From Candidatus Eiseniibacteriota bacterium (GTDB taxonomy: Bacteria > Eisenbacteria > RBG-16-71-46 > CAZAMP01): a stretch of 64,000 nucleotides of DNA. The translations under genes and the position numbers were made by a program. Shown piece by piece: positions 39,109 through 47,793 of the stretch; the first letter of the stretch is position 1; each line of letters opens with the position of its first letter. The notes beneath the pieces were generated by a model that saw nothing but the letters and a program-made list of their open reading frames with translations, made no database searches and was not told the origin of the DNA. The stretch is from assembly GCA_965224245.1 (NCBI GenBank), contig OZ245046.1:4224001-4288000 (forward strand). The letters are read 5' to 3'.

Positions 39109-39138
39109 ACTCTAGACGGACCAGAGCCGCGCGGTCAA
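39109..39138 (-). promoter_or_regulatory. Sigma70-like promoter TTGACC-N18-TAGAGT upstream of the ECF sigma gene
   Basis: Near-consensus hexamers 33-62 bp upstream of the GTG. Confidence 0.55.
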
Positions 39139-39176
39139 CGATTGCTGGCCCCGGATGTCCTCCGGGCGGCTTGCAG

Positions 39177-39205
39177 AGAAGTGCATCCGGGCCCTCGGTT
39201 GATAC
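39177..39205 (-). promoter_or_regulatory. Putative autoregulatory ECF promoter GTATCA-N17-ACTTCT
   Basis: Shared spaced motif upstream of the sigma/anti-sigma/CHAT operon. Confidence 0.65.
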
Positions 39206-39229
39206 ATGCATTCCCGGCCTGGACGGCGC

Positions 39230-39258
39230 GTATCAGATGTGCGCGGGCGCCAACGTGT
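39230..39258 (+). promoter_or_regulatory. Putative ECF promoter GTATCA-N17-ACGTGT, probably giving a leaderless mRNA
   Basis: Shared motif; ATG 39264 lies 6 nt after the final T and has no SD. Confidence 0.65.
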
Positions 39259-39263
39259 GGGTC

Positions 39264-41081
39264 ATGACGTGCGAATCCCGATCCACGATCGCCCCAGCGG
39301 CCCGCGACGGGGTCCTGCCCCGGGGGGCCCTCGTGATGGCCGCGACGGCCCGGACCGGGCTGGGTCACGTGCGCCGCCTGGGGCGCCTGGCCGACTCGTT
39401 CCGGCGATTTCGCCCGGACCTCCCCATCGCCCTGCTCACGAACGCCGCGCGGGATCGGATCCCGTCCAACCTGGCAGGACCGTTCGACGCGATCGCGACC
39501 GCGGACCGCGCCGACATGAGCCGGGCCCTCGCCGGCTCGGAGCCGTCGCTCGTCGTCGTCGACACGGCCAGGGTGCCGGACCTCGACGCGGTGGGCGCGC
39601 GTTGCGCCCTCGTTCTCCGGCAGGTCGTGGAGTCGCACGTCCCGCAGTTCGCGCTCCAGGGCCGCCCCTGGGATCTCGTGATCATCCCGAACCCGCCGGA
39701 CGCCTGGCGCCCCCGGCTCGACGCGCGGTTCACACGCAGCGCCGTCTGGGCCGGATGGATCTCCGAGGCCGTCGACCGGACCGGCCGGGGCGCCGACGCG
39801 TCCGCCGTTCCGTCGATCGTGGTGACCTGTGGCGGAAGCGATCGAAGCGTTCCCGAAGCGTTGGTCCGGTCCCTGGTCGATGGGATCCGCCGGCAGTGCG
39901 AGCCGCTGGACGTGATCGAGCTGGTCGGCCCGGGCGCGGCGCCCGTGCTGGACGACCAGGCGCGTGTCATCCGGTCCGCACCCGACCCGATGGAAATCAT
40001 CGCGTCCGCGAGCCTCTGCATCTCGGCCTCCGGATACAACACCGTCCTGGATCTGGCCCGGACGGACACCCCGGCCGTGCTCATCGGCAAGGAGCGGCGC
40101 CACGACGACCAGCCCGAGCGAGCGCGACAGTGGGGACCGCGCCTGGGAGCGGTGTGCCTCTCACCCCACGACGTCGCCGACACCGTGGAGTGGTGCCGTC
40201 ACACGCTCGCCGGGCGAACGCGGCGGGCCCCGATCGACCTCGGTCCGCGCGGGGACGACGTGGCCGCCGAACGCCTGGCGAGGTTGATCCGCGTGAGTCG
40301 CCACGGCAGCCGGGGCGAGAAGCGACTGTTGCCGCGGGATCGATCCGGTCACGCCCTGGCGCGACTCTCCGAGGAGATGCGCGCGCGCGGCGCGCCGACT
40401 CCGCGCCTCGACTCGCCGACCCCGGGCACGCTCACCTGGAGATGGCAGGCCGGCGCGACCGCGGCGGAGCTCTGGCGGGCCGACGCGCGCGAGGCGTCTC
40501 GGGACCGGCTCGTCTCGCGGATCGCGACCGCGGTCCGGCACTTTCACGTGCCGTCGGGCGGGCTGGGGCTCGATCGTTACGATCCCTGGTGTCGGGTCCG
40601 GTCGCGCGTGGCGGATCTCCGGCGGTCCCATCCCGAGCTCGCCTCGGTCGCCGACGCCCTGGTGTCGGCGATCGACGCGCGCATCCACGCCTCGTGGCGT
40701 GTCTCCGAGGACGGCGAGTGCGTCGTCCACGGCGATCTCCACGTGGGCCAGCTCGTCGTCGGACCCGACGGCGAGCTCTCCGTGATCGACCTGGACGACG
40801 TCGCGCGCGGCCGTCCCGAGTGCGATCTCGGCAACTTCATCGCCCACCTCGAGACCTCCACGCCGGAGCCCGAGGACGCCGACACCCGCCGCCGGTGGCG
40901 ACGCGTGCTGCCCCGCGCCTACCGCGAGGCCGGCGGGACGTGCGACGACGACGTGCTTCATGCGTTCGCACAGGCGTCCCTCGTGCGCCGGGCGCTGAAG
41001 CGCTTCGAGTCGAACCGGGACCCGGAAGGGCTCGCCGGCCGGCTCCAGCTCATTCGACGGGAGCTGGACCCGGCCCGCTGA
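39264..41081 (+). CDS. Fusion of a GT28-like glycosyltransferase and an APH-like phosphotransferase
   Basis: N-terminal 'TGLGHVRR', 'VTCGGS', 'SASGYNTV', 'DDQPERA'; C-terminal 'VHGDLHVGQ', 'IDLDD', 'DLGNFIAH'. Confidence 0.8.
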   Translation: MTCESRSTIAPAARDGVLPRGALVMAATARTGLGHVRRLGRLADSFRRFRPDLPIALLTNAARDRIPSNLAGPFDAIATADRADMSRALAGSEPSLVVVDTARVPDLDAVGARCALVLRQVVESHVPQFALQGRPWDLVIIPNPPDAWRPRLDARFTRSAVWAGWISEAVDRTGRGADASAVPSIVVTCGGSDRSVPEALVRSLVDGIRRQCEPLDVIELVGPGAAPVLDDQARVIRSAPDPMEIIASASLCISASGYNTVLDLARTDTPAVLIGKERRHDDQPERARQWGPRLGAVCLSPHDVADTVEWCRHTLAGRTRRAPIDLGPRGDDVAAERLARLIRVSRHGSRGEKRLLPRDRSGHALARLSEEMRARGAPTPRLDSPTPGTLTWRWQAGATAAELWRADAREASRDRLVSRIATAVRHFHVPSGGLGLDRYDPWCRVRSRVADLRRSHPELASVADALVSAIDARIHASWRVSEDGECVVHGDLHVGQLVVGPDGELSVIDLDDVARGRPECDLGNFIAHLETSTPEPEDADTRRRWRRVLPRAYREAGGTCDDDVLHAFAQASLVRRALKRFESNRDPEGLAGRLQLIRRELDPAR

Positions 41082-41159
41082 CGGTGCGACTCGCGGCGCC
41101 GGATCGGCTATCATACCGCCCCGGTGACGGAGCCTGAGGTCCAAACAGGAGGCGAACGC

Positions 41160-41723
41160 ATGTCGTCCCGGTTCATGACCCGCGCGATCCTGACGGCGAT
41201 CGCGACGATCACGCTCGGCTGCGCACAGAGCTCGGACTCCGAGACCGGTGGCGACGACGCGGCCGCCACCGCCGAGTCCGCCGCCGAGCCCACCGCCGAG
41301 CCCGTGGACGCGGCCGCGCTGGAGAAGGCCGCGGCCGACCTCGCGGCCGAGATCGAGACCCAGATCACCGCCGGGGCCGCCGGACACGCGTGGCGATTCG
41401 GTCAGAGCGACGTGGAGTGCGAGGAGCTGACCGCCGCGGTCCTGAACGCCAGTCCGGCCGACTACGCCGACGTGAAGGTCCGCATCCGGGGAACGGTCGC
41501 CGCGGTCTGCCAGGCCCGCGGCTGCTGGGTTCAGGTGGAGGATTCCAGCGGCGAGGCGCTCTTCGCCAAGAGCTTCGACCATCGGGTGCTGATGCCCAAG
41601 AACTGCGAAGGCATGGAGATCGACGTCGTGGGCACGATGTACGCCGATCCGGTCGAGGACGGCGAGGAGCAGACGTACTCGTTCTCGCTCGACGGGGCCA
41701 CCCTGGTCGCGCCCGAGGGCTAG
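41160..41723 (+). CDS. Lipoprotein, DUF4920-like OB-fold
   Basis: AGGAGG SD, lipobox TLGC, 'GTVAAVCQARGCW', 'VLMPK'. Confidence 0.75.
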   Translation: MSSRFMTRAILTAIATITLGCAQSSDSETGGDDAAATAESAAEPTAEPVDAAALEKAAADLAAEIETQITAGAAGHAWRFGQSDVECEELTAAVLNASPADYADVKVRIRGTVAAVCQARGCWVQVEDSSGEALFAKSFDHRVLMPKNCEGMEIDVVGTMYADPVEDGEEQTYSFSLDGATLVAPEG

Positions 41724-41772
41724 CGCGGCGAGGTTGCCCCCCGGCGCCGACGGCTCGATCGACTAGACCGGC

Positions 41773-44499
41773 TCAGCGCGCGGACGCCGGTGGTCCGGGC
41801 GCGCGCCCGCGCGCGACCACAAAGCCGTAGACGGTGAGCAGCGCCACCACGCCCATCAGGATCATCGACGACGCACCGTGCCACGCTCCGAACGCCAGGC
41901 TCGTGGGCCCGATCGTGAGCGTCAGGTACACGAAGAACTGCGTGACCAGTGCCAGGAGCCCCAGCCTGAGCATGATCCCGATCCAGATGGACACCTGAAG
42001 GAACGACGCGACCGCGGCCACGATCTCGTTCCCCCCGAACACCCCGAGACGCAGCGAGAACGCGATCGTCATGATCAGCGTCAACAGCCCGATCGCGATC
42101 CACTGCTTGCGCACGACGACCTGCAGGATGAACGGCATCACCACGAAGAAGAACCCGTTGATCAACGCCGTCGGAAACCCACCGATCAGGAACGCGAGCG
42201 TCCGACCGGGGCTGGTCATGGTGCTGAACTGCGTCGAGGCGAGATAGGCCGGGAGCGAGCTCTCGAGGCCGAGCTGCTGGGGCAGGAGCGCGTGCACCGC
42301 GTCCAGGAGATACACGATCAGCCCGAAGAGCGACCCCAGGAGCACGCTCCGGCCCACCAGGGGATCCCGGTGACGACCGGCCAGCGCCCGCGACCAGGCC
42401 ACGATCCGCTCGGGGGCCTCCCGGCGCACGTACGGCTCGAGCGCCGCGTAGAGCACCCACACGAACCCACCCAGGAACAGCGCCGATCCGGCAGCGGTCG
42501 TGATCTGACCCCACTCCGAGGTGAGCGCCGACACGTGATGCGCGCTCAGCGCCCACGAGGCGAAGCTCGTGATCGACGCGATCACCGCCAGGCGTGACGC
42601 GCCCCGCCAGTCGCCGCGCCGCAGCTTGTGGTGACGGCGGACGAGATAGGCCGCCCCCACGATCACCAGCAACACGACGATCACGATGATGTTGAGGCCG
42701 AGTCGGGCCCGGCCCGGCACCAGGCTGGCCACCACACGGCTGGGCCGGCTCCAGGGACTGACCACGTCGAAGAACGTGATACCCTCGCCGGCCGTTCCGA
42801 CATCGACGCGGCGCGCGCTCGCGGAGTCGGCGCCCACCTCGAACCAGGACTCCAGCGCATCGCAGTAGAGGTGCGGGTTCAACACCGGCGCTCCCCGCTC
42901 GAAGCGACTCTGATCGAGTCCGGCGGCGTCGAAGAGCCTCGAGATCCGCGCGTCCAGATCGGCGCGGGCGGCGGCGTCGAGGGCACGCCCCTCGCTGGAG
43001 TCACGCACGGCGTCGGCCACGCACTCCAGACCGACCAGGCTGCCGTCGAGCCCCAGACCCACCCGCGTCATGCCCTCCCAGTACATCGTGGGGTCGTTGA
43101 TCGTGACGTAGCCCTCGCCGCCCTCGGCGACGAGGGGCCGCGGGCTCGAGCGATACCAGAATTGCACGGCGGCGGGCACCGCGCGGGCGACGCTGTCCCG
43201 GAGACTCGTGCGCGTGTCGGCGGATCCGAGCGCCAGCAGGATGGTCTGGCTCATGCGGTAGCCCGCCCGCTCGTCGGCGACCGGGGGCTGGATGCCCGCC
43301 TCGGCGAGCAGATCCCGCGCGCGCTCGACGAGGACATCGTGTCGCTTCCCGTCGGGGAACGCCGTGAAAACCCGTGTGTGCTCGGTGGATCGTCCCGCGA
43401 GGAAGAGGAGGGCGAGCGTGACCAGAAACACCGACCAGGCCACCGCCGGCGAGAGCCGGCCGATGACGTCCGCGGCGGCCACCGCCTCGGGGGACGGGGT
43501 CTCCCCGGCCGCCAGGGCGGCCGCCAGCGGATCGCCGCCGGGGAGCGCCGCGGCCACCGCCAGCGCCGACTCGGGGCGCCGCGTCGGGTCGGGGTCGAGG
43601 CACCGGTGGAGCACGGCCTCGACGAGCGGATCGATGTCGAGCCCGGTCGACGTCGTGGAAAGCTCGGTGGGCCGCGAGTGCAGGCGCGAGAGCTCGTCGA
43701 TCGAGTCGGCGTCGTACAGGCGCTGGCCGGTCAGCACCTCGTGCAGCACCAGACCCAGCGAGTAGATGTCGCTCTGGACCGAGACCGACTCGCCCCGGAG
43801 CTGTTCGGGGGCCATGTAGACCGGCGTTCCCGCGCGGATCTCCCGCTCGTCGAGCTCGGCCGACGCCGTGGCGAGACCGAAGTCGGTGATCCGGGCGTTT
43901 CCGTCGCCGTCCAGCATCACGTTGGCCGGCTTCAGGTCGCGGTGCAGCACGGATTTCTTGTGGGCGGCGGCCAGCCCCGCGCAGACCTGGCGCGCGATGT
44001 CGATCGCCTTGTCCCGCGGCAGCCGGCCGATCCGGCGCAACAGCGACGAGAGGTCCTCGCCGTCGATGTACTCCATCGACAGGTAGTAGTGCCCGTCGCT
44101 CTCGCCGATGTCGTACACGCGGCACACGTTCGGGTGGGAGATCTGGCGGGCGATCCGGACCTCGTTCAGGAAGCGCTCCAGGCGCTCGGGACTCGAAGCC
44201 AGGGCCGGCGGGAGGAACTTCAGCGCGACCGGGTGATTGAGCGTCAGGTCGTCGGCCCGGTACACCTCGCCCATGCCCCCCCGCCCCAGGAGACCGATGA
44301 TGCGATAGCGGCCCGCGAACACGGATCCGGCCGTGAAGCGCACGCCGGGGCCCGGCGCGACCCCGTGCGCGGGCGCGCCGGACGAGGCGATCGTCTCGGC
44401 CATCGACGTCTCGCTGACCGACGATCCGCAGACGCCGCAGAATCGTGCGCCGGAGGGGACGTCGGTGCCGCACGTCGGGCATGTCGCGTGATCGGGCAT
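41773..44499 (-). CDS. Ser/Thr protein kinase with an N-terminal zinc ribbon and a multi-TM C-terminal region
   Basis: CPTC..FCGVC; LGRGGMGEVY, VALKFL, HRDLKPANV, DFGLA, GTPVYMAPE; then one TM, a soluble domain and about 7 TM segments. Confidence 0.92.
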   Translation of the reverse strand: MPDHATCPTCGTDVPSGARFCGVCGSSVSETSMAETIASSGAPAHGVAPGPGVRFTAGSVFAGRYRIIGLLGRGGMGEVYRADDLTLNHPVALKFLPPALASSPERLERFLNEVRIARQISHPNVCRVYDIGESDGHYYLSMEYIDGEDLSSLLRRIGRLPRDKAIDIARQVCAGLAAAHKKSVLHRDLKPANVMLDGDGNARITDFGLATASAELDEREIRAGTPVYMAPEQLRGESVSVQSDIYSLGLVLHEVLTGQRLYDADSIDELSRLHSRPTELSTTSTGLDIDPLVEAVLHRCLDPDPTRRPESALAVAAALPGGDPLAAALAAGETPSPEAVAAADVIGRLSPAVAWSVFLVTLALLFLAGRSTEHTRVFTAFPDGKRHDVLVERARDLLAEAGIQPPVADERAGYRMSQTILLALGSADTRTSLRDSVARAVPAAVQFWYRSSPRPLVAEGGEGYVTINDPTMYWEGMTRVGLGLDGSLVGLECVADAVRDSSEGRALDAAARADLDARISRLFDAAGLDQSRFERGAPVLNPHLYCDALESWFEVGADSASARRVDVGTAGEGITFFDVVSPWSRPSRVVASLVPGRARLGLNIIVIVVLLVIVGAAYLVRRHHKLRRGDWRGASRLAVIASITSFASWALSAHHVSALTSEWGQITTAAGSALFLGGFVWVLYAALEPYVRREAPERIVAWSRALAGRHRDPLVGRSVLLGSLFGLIVYLLDAVHALLPQQLGLESSLPAYLASTQFSTMTSPGRTLAFLIGGFPTALINGFFFVVMPFILQVVVRKQWIAIGLLTLIMTIAFSLRLGVFGGNEIVAAVASFLQVSIWIGIMLRLGLLALVTQFFVYLTLTIGPTSLAFGAWHGASSMILMGVVALLTVYGFVVARGRAPGPPASAR

Positions 44500-44673
44500 C
44501 GTGAGCCGGGTCCTTCCGCTGGACGGGGGACCGGGGAGTATGCCAGGCGTGAGAGGCCACCGAAAGCCCGTCGAGGGCGGGGCCGCGATCGGCGGAGCGA
44601 GGAGTTTGCACGCGCGCGATCGCGCCCCGTAAACTCCGTCCCCACACGTTCCCCGGCGCCAAGGAGTCCTGTC

Positions 44674-46443
44674 GTGAGGTCGATTCTCGTGGAGCTGTCC
44701 GAGCGCGTTCGCGTCGCCATGTCGGCGGTCGGCGCCGAGGGGGATCCCCTGGTTCACGTCTCGGGCGACGAGCGCTTCGGGGACTACCAGTCGAACTGTG
44801 CGATGGGGCTGGCGAAGACGCTCGGCAAGAAGCCGCGCGAGATCGCCGAGGGCATCGTGGCCGTGCTCGACGTGTCCGACATGTGCGAGCCGCCCGAGAT
44901 CGCGGGGCCGGGGTTCATCAACTTTCGCCTGACGCCCGCGTTCCTGGGCGAGACGCTGTCGGCGCTGCCGTCGGTCTCCGAGCCGGGGGGGCGACGTCTG
45001 GGCATCCCGGAGGTGACGCCGCGGCGAACCGTGGTCATCGACCTCTCGGCCCCGAACCTGGCCAAGGAGATGCACGTCGGCCATCTGCGCTCGACGGTGA
45101 TCGGCGACGCCGCCGCGCGGATCCTCGAGTTCCAGGGCCACAAGGTCATCCGCGAGAACCACGTCGGCGACTGGGGCACGCAGTTCGGGATGCTGGTCGC
45201 CTATCTGCGACGCACCCAGGCCGACGTCCTGCGACGGCTCGACGATCTGGTCATCGCCGATCTCGAGGCGTTCTACGTCGAGGCCAAGGCGCTCTTCGAC
45301 GCCGACGACGGGTTCAAGCGCGAGTCGCAGGAGACCGTCGTGGCGCTCCAGCGCGGCGAGCCCGAGACCCGGCGGGTGTGGAAGGCGTTCTGTGACGAAT
45401 CGCTCCGGCACTGCCACACGATCTATGATCGCCTCGACGTCTCGCTGATCGATCGCGGCGAGAGCTTCTACGAGGACCTGATGCCGATCGTGATCCAGCG
45501 TCTCGTGGACGCCGGCCACGCGGTCGAGAGCGACGGCGCGCTCGTGGTGTACCTCCCCGGATACACGACGAAGAGCGGCGACCCCCTCCCCCTCATCGTG
45601 CGGAAGTCGGACGGGGGCTACAACTACGCGTCGTCCGACCTGGCCACGCTCGTGCATCGGGTGGACGAGCTCGGTGCGTCACGAATCGTGTACGTCGTGG
45701 GGGCCCCGCAGAAGCAGCACCTGGCGATGGTGTTCGCGACCGCCCGCCTGGCCGGGTGGGTCGAGGACGGCGTGTCGCTCGAGCACCTGGCGTTCGGCAG
45801 CATGCTCGGCGCCAACGGCAAGCCCTTCAAGACGCGCGAGGGCGGCACCGTGAAGCTGAAGTCACTCCTCGACGAGGCGGTGGCGAAGGCCCGCGAGGTG
45901 ATCGAGGGGGCCTCCGACGGCCCCCGGCGCGAGCTGAGCGCGTCCCAGGTGGACGAGGTGGCGGAGACGGTCGGCATCGCCGCGATCAAGTACTTCGATC
46001 TCTCGCACGCGCTCACGACCGACTACAAGTTCGACGTGAACACGATGCTGGCGATGGACGGCAACACCGCGCCGTACATGCTCTACGCGTACGCGCGCAT
46101 CCGCTCCATCGGCCGGAACGCGGACGTCGACTTCGACACGCTGCCGCCGCATCCCATCCGCGTCGAGCATCCGACCGAGCTGGCGCTGGCCAAGATGCTC
46201 TGCCGGTTCCGCGACGTCGTGGACCAGATCGGTCACGACATCCGGCCGAACCTCCTGACCGACTACCTCTACGACCTCAGCAAGACGTTCAGCCGATTCT
46301 ACGATCGGAACGTCGGTGTTCGGGTCATCGACGCCGAGGGCGATGACGTCCGCGAGTCGCGCCTCCGGCTCTGCGACGTGACGGCGCGTACGCTGAAGCT
46401 GGGGCTCTCGCTCCTCGGCATCGGCACCGTCGAGCAGATGTGA
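44674..46443 (+). CDS. argS: Arginine--tRNA ligase
   Basis: 'FGDYQSN', 'PNLAKEMHVGHLRST', 'NHVGDWGTQFG', 'KPFKTREG', 'GNTAPYMLYAYARI'; AAGGAG SD before the GTG. Confidence 0.97.
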   Translation: MRSILVELSERVRVAMSAVGAEGDPLVHVSGDERFGDYQSNCAMGLAKTLGKKPREIAEGIVAVLDVSDMCEPPEIAGPGFINFRLTPAFLGETLSALPSVSEPGGRRLGIPEVTPRRTVVIDLSAPNLAKEMHVGHLRSTVIGDAAARILEFQGHKVIRENHVGDWGTQFGMLVAYLRRTQADVLRRLDDLVIADLEAFYVEAKALFDADDGFKRESQETVVALQRGEPETRRVWKAFCDESLRHCHTIYDRLDVSLIDRGESFYEDLMPIVIQRLVDAGHAVESDGALVVYLPGYTTKSGDPLPLIVRKSDGGYNYASSDLATLVHRVDELGASRIVYVVGAPQKQHLAMVFATARLAGWVEDGVSLEHLAFGSMLGANGKPFKTREGGTVKLKSLLDEAVAKAREVIEGASDGPRRELSASQVDEVAETVGIAAIKYFDLSHALTTDYKFDVNTMLAMDGNTAPYMLYAYARIRSIGRNADVDFDTLPPHPIRVEHPTELALAKMLCRFRDVVDQIGHDIRPNLLTDYLYDLSKTFSRFYDRNVGVRVIDAEGDDVRESRLRLCDVTARTLKLGLSLLGIGTVEQM

Positions 46444-46444
46444 C

Positions 46445-47638
46445 GTGATCGGCCGCCTGGGCGCATCGCTTCAGGTGACGCTGCTGGTGGGCGGGGCCGG
46501 TGTCGGCTTCGCGCTGTCGATGCTGCTCCTGGCGCGGGTGATGGATCCCGGCGACTTCGGACGCGTGACGCTCGGCATCAGCATCGTGAACGTGGCGTTT
46601 CCGCTGGCGACGCTCGGGCTGGACGGGATCGTCGTGCGGCACCGGCTGACGGCGACGCGGTCGCTTCTCGGACGCGTGGTCCGGACGTCGCTCGCCGTGG
46701 CGCTGCTCGGCGGGATGGTGGCGGCGATCGGCTACGACCTGCCCCGGGCACTCGCGTTCTGGATCGCGCTGGCCATCGCCGGGGGCGGCGTGATGTACCT
46801 CGCGTCGATGCGCTACCAGAGCCTCGAGCAGTTTCCGATCGCGATCACGCTCGGGCAGAGCTCCAACTTCGTCCTCCTGGCCACCGCCGTCGTCGCGCTC
46901 GGCCTGGGGCGGTCCGGCGACACGGGGCCGCTGGCCGCGATCGCGATCGGTCACGTCGTGGCGGCGATCGGCGTGTGGTGGGTCCTCCTCAGGCGCGATC
47001 GCGACGCGCCCGCGCCCCCCTCGACGTGGCGGTGGGGCGAGGCGCTCTCGCTGGCCGGCGCGACCGGGGCGACGCTCCTCCTCTTGCAGCTCGAGCGGCT
47101 GCTCGTGCCCCACGTGCTGGATCTGGATCGACTGGCCGAGCTCGGCGTCATCGCGGCGGTCGTGCTGAGCCCGTACCGGATGCTCCAGAGCGGCGTACAG
47201 AAGAGCCTCCTCCCGCGCCTCCGGAACGCGCCGGACGCCGCGGCCCGGCGCGCGATTCTGACCACCGACCTCCGGGTCGTGTGCGGTCTCCTCGTCGTGG
47301 GGACGCCGCTGGTGTGGGTCCTGACGCCGATCGTGGTGGAGCTGCTGGTCGGGGCGGGCAAGTACCCGGTGGATCGGGCGCTGGTGCTGGCCGCGATCGT
47401 CTCGGGGATCGCCAAGGTGGCCACCGGTGCGGTCGACGCACTCGTGTCGGCGACGCTGGACGCGCGCGGGCTGGCGGTCTGGAACCTCGTCGGCTGGGGC
47501 GGGGTCGCGGTGGCCATCGTCGGGGGCGTCGTGGGCGCAGAGGTGGGCGGGCTGCCGGGCGTGCTCTACGGGGTCGCTCTGGGATGGCTAGGCCGCTCGG
47601 TGAGCGGGATCCGGATGGCGCGCCGGCCACGCCGGTAA
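46445..47638 (+). CDS. Polysaccharide flippase-like (Wzx/MOP) membrane protein
   Basis: About 12 TM segments; 'LLARVMDPGDFG', 'LATLGLD'. Confidence 0.7.
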   Translation: MIGRLGASLQVTLLVGGAGVGFALSMLLLARVMDPGDFGRVTLGISIVNVAFPLATLGLDGIVVRHRLTATRSLLGRVVRTSLAVALLGGMVAAIGYDLPRALAFWIALAIAGGGVMYLASMRYQSLEQFPIAITLGQSSNFVLLATAVVALGLGRSGDTGPLAAIAIGHVVAAIGVWWVLLRRDRDAPAPPSTWRWGEALSLAGATGATLLLLQLERLLVPHVLDLDRLAELGVIAAVVLSPYRMLQSGVQKSLLPRLRNAPDAAARRAILTTDLRVVCGLLVVGTPLVWVLTPIVVELLVGAGKYPVDRALVLAAIVSGIAKVATGAVDALVSATLDARGLAVWNLVGWGGVAVAIVGGVVGAEVGGLPGVLYGVALGWLGRSVSGIRMARRPRR

Positions 47639-47793
47639 CTAACTGTTTAAAACAACTTGGACGACATCCGGGCCCTGGCGCGCCGGGGTGGGAGCGAACG
47701 TGCGCAGGACGCGTTGCGTGCTCCGCTCCCGGACCCCGCTTCTCCCCACGACGACCCGAAGCCGACCGACACGACCGACGAAAGGACGACCGC

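Noticed and set aside
42628-45657. Apparent huge overlapping ORFs (1271 aa on +, 1294 aa on -)
   Set aside because: Upstream extensions of divergent argS and kinase genes caused by stop-poor antisense frames at high GC.
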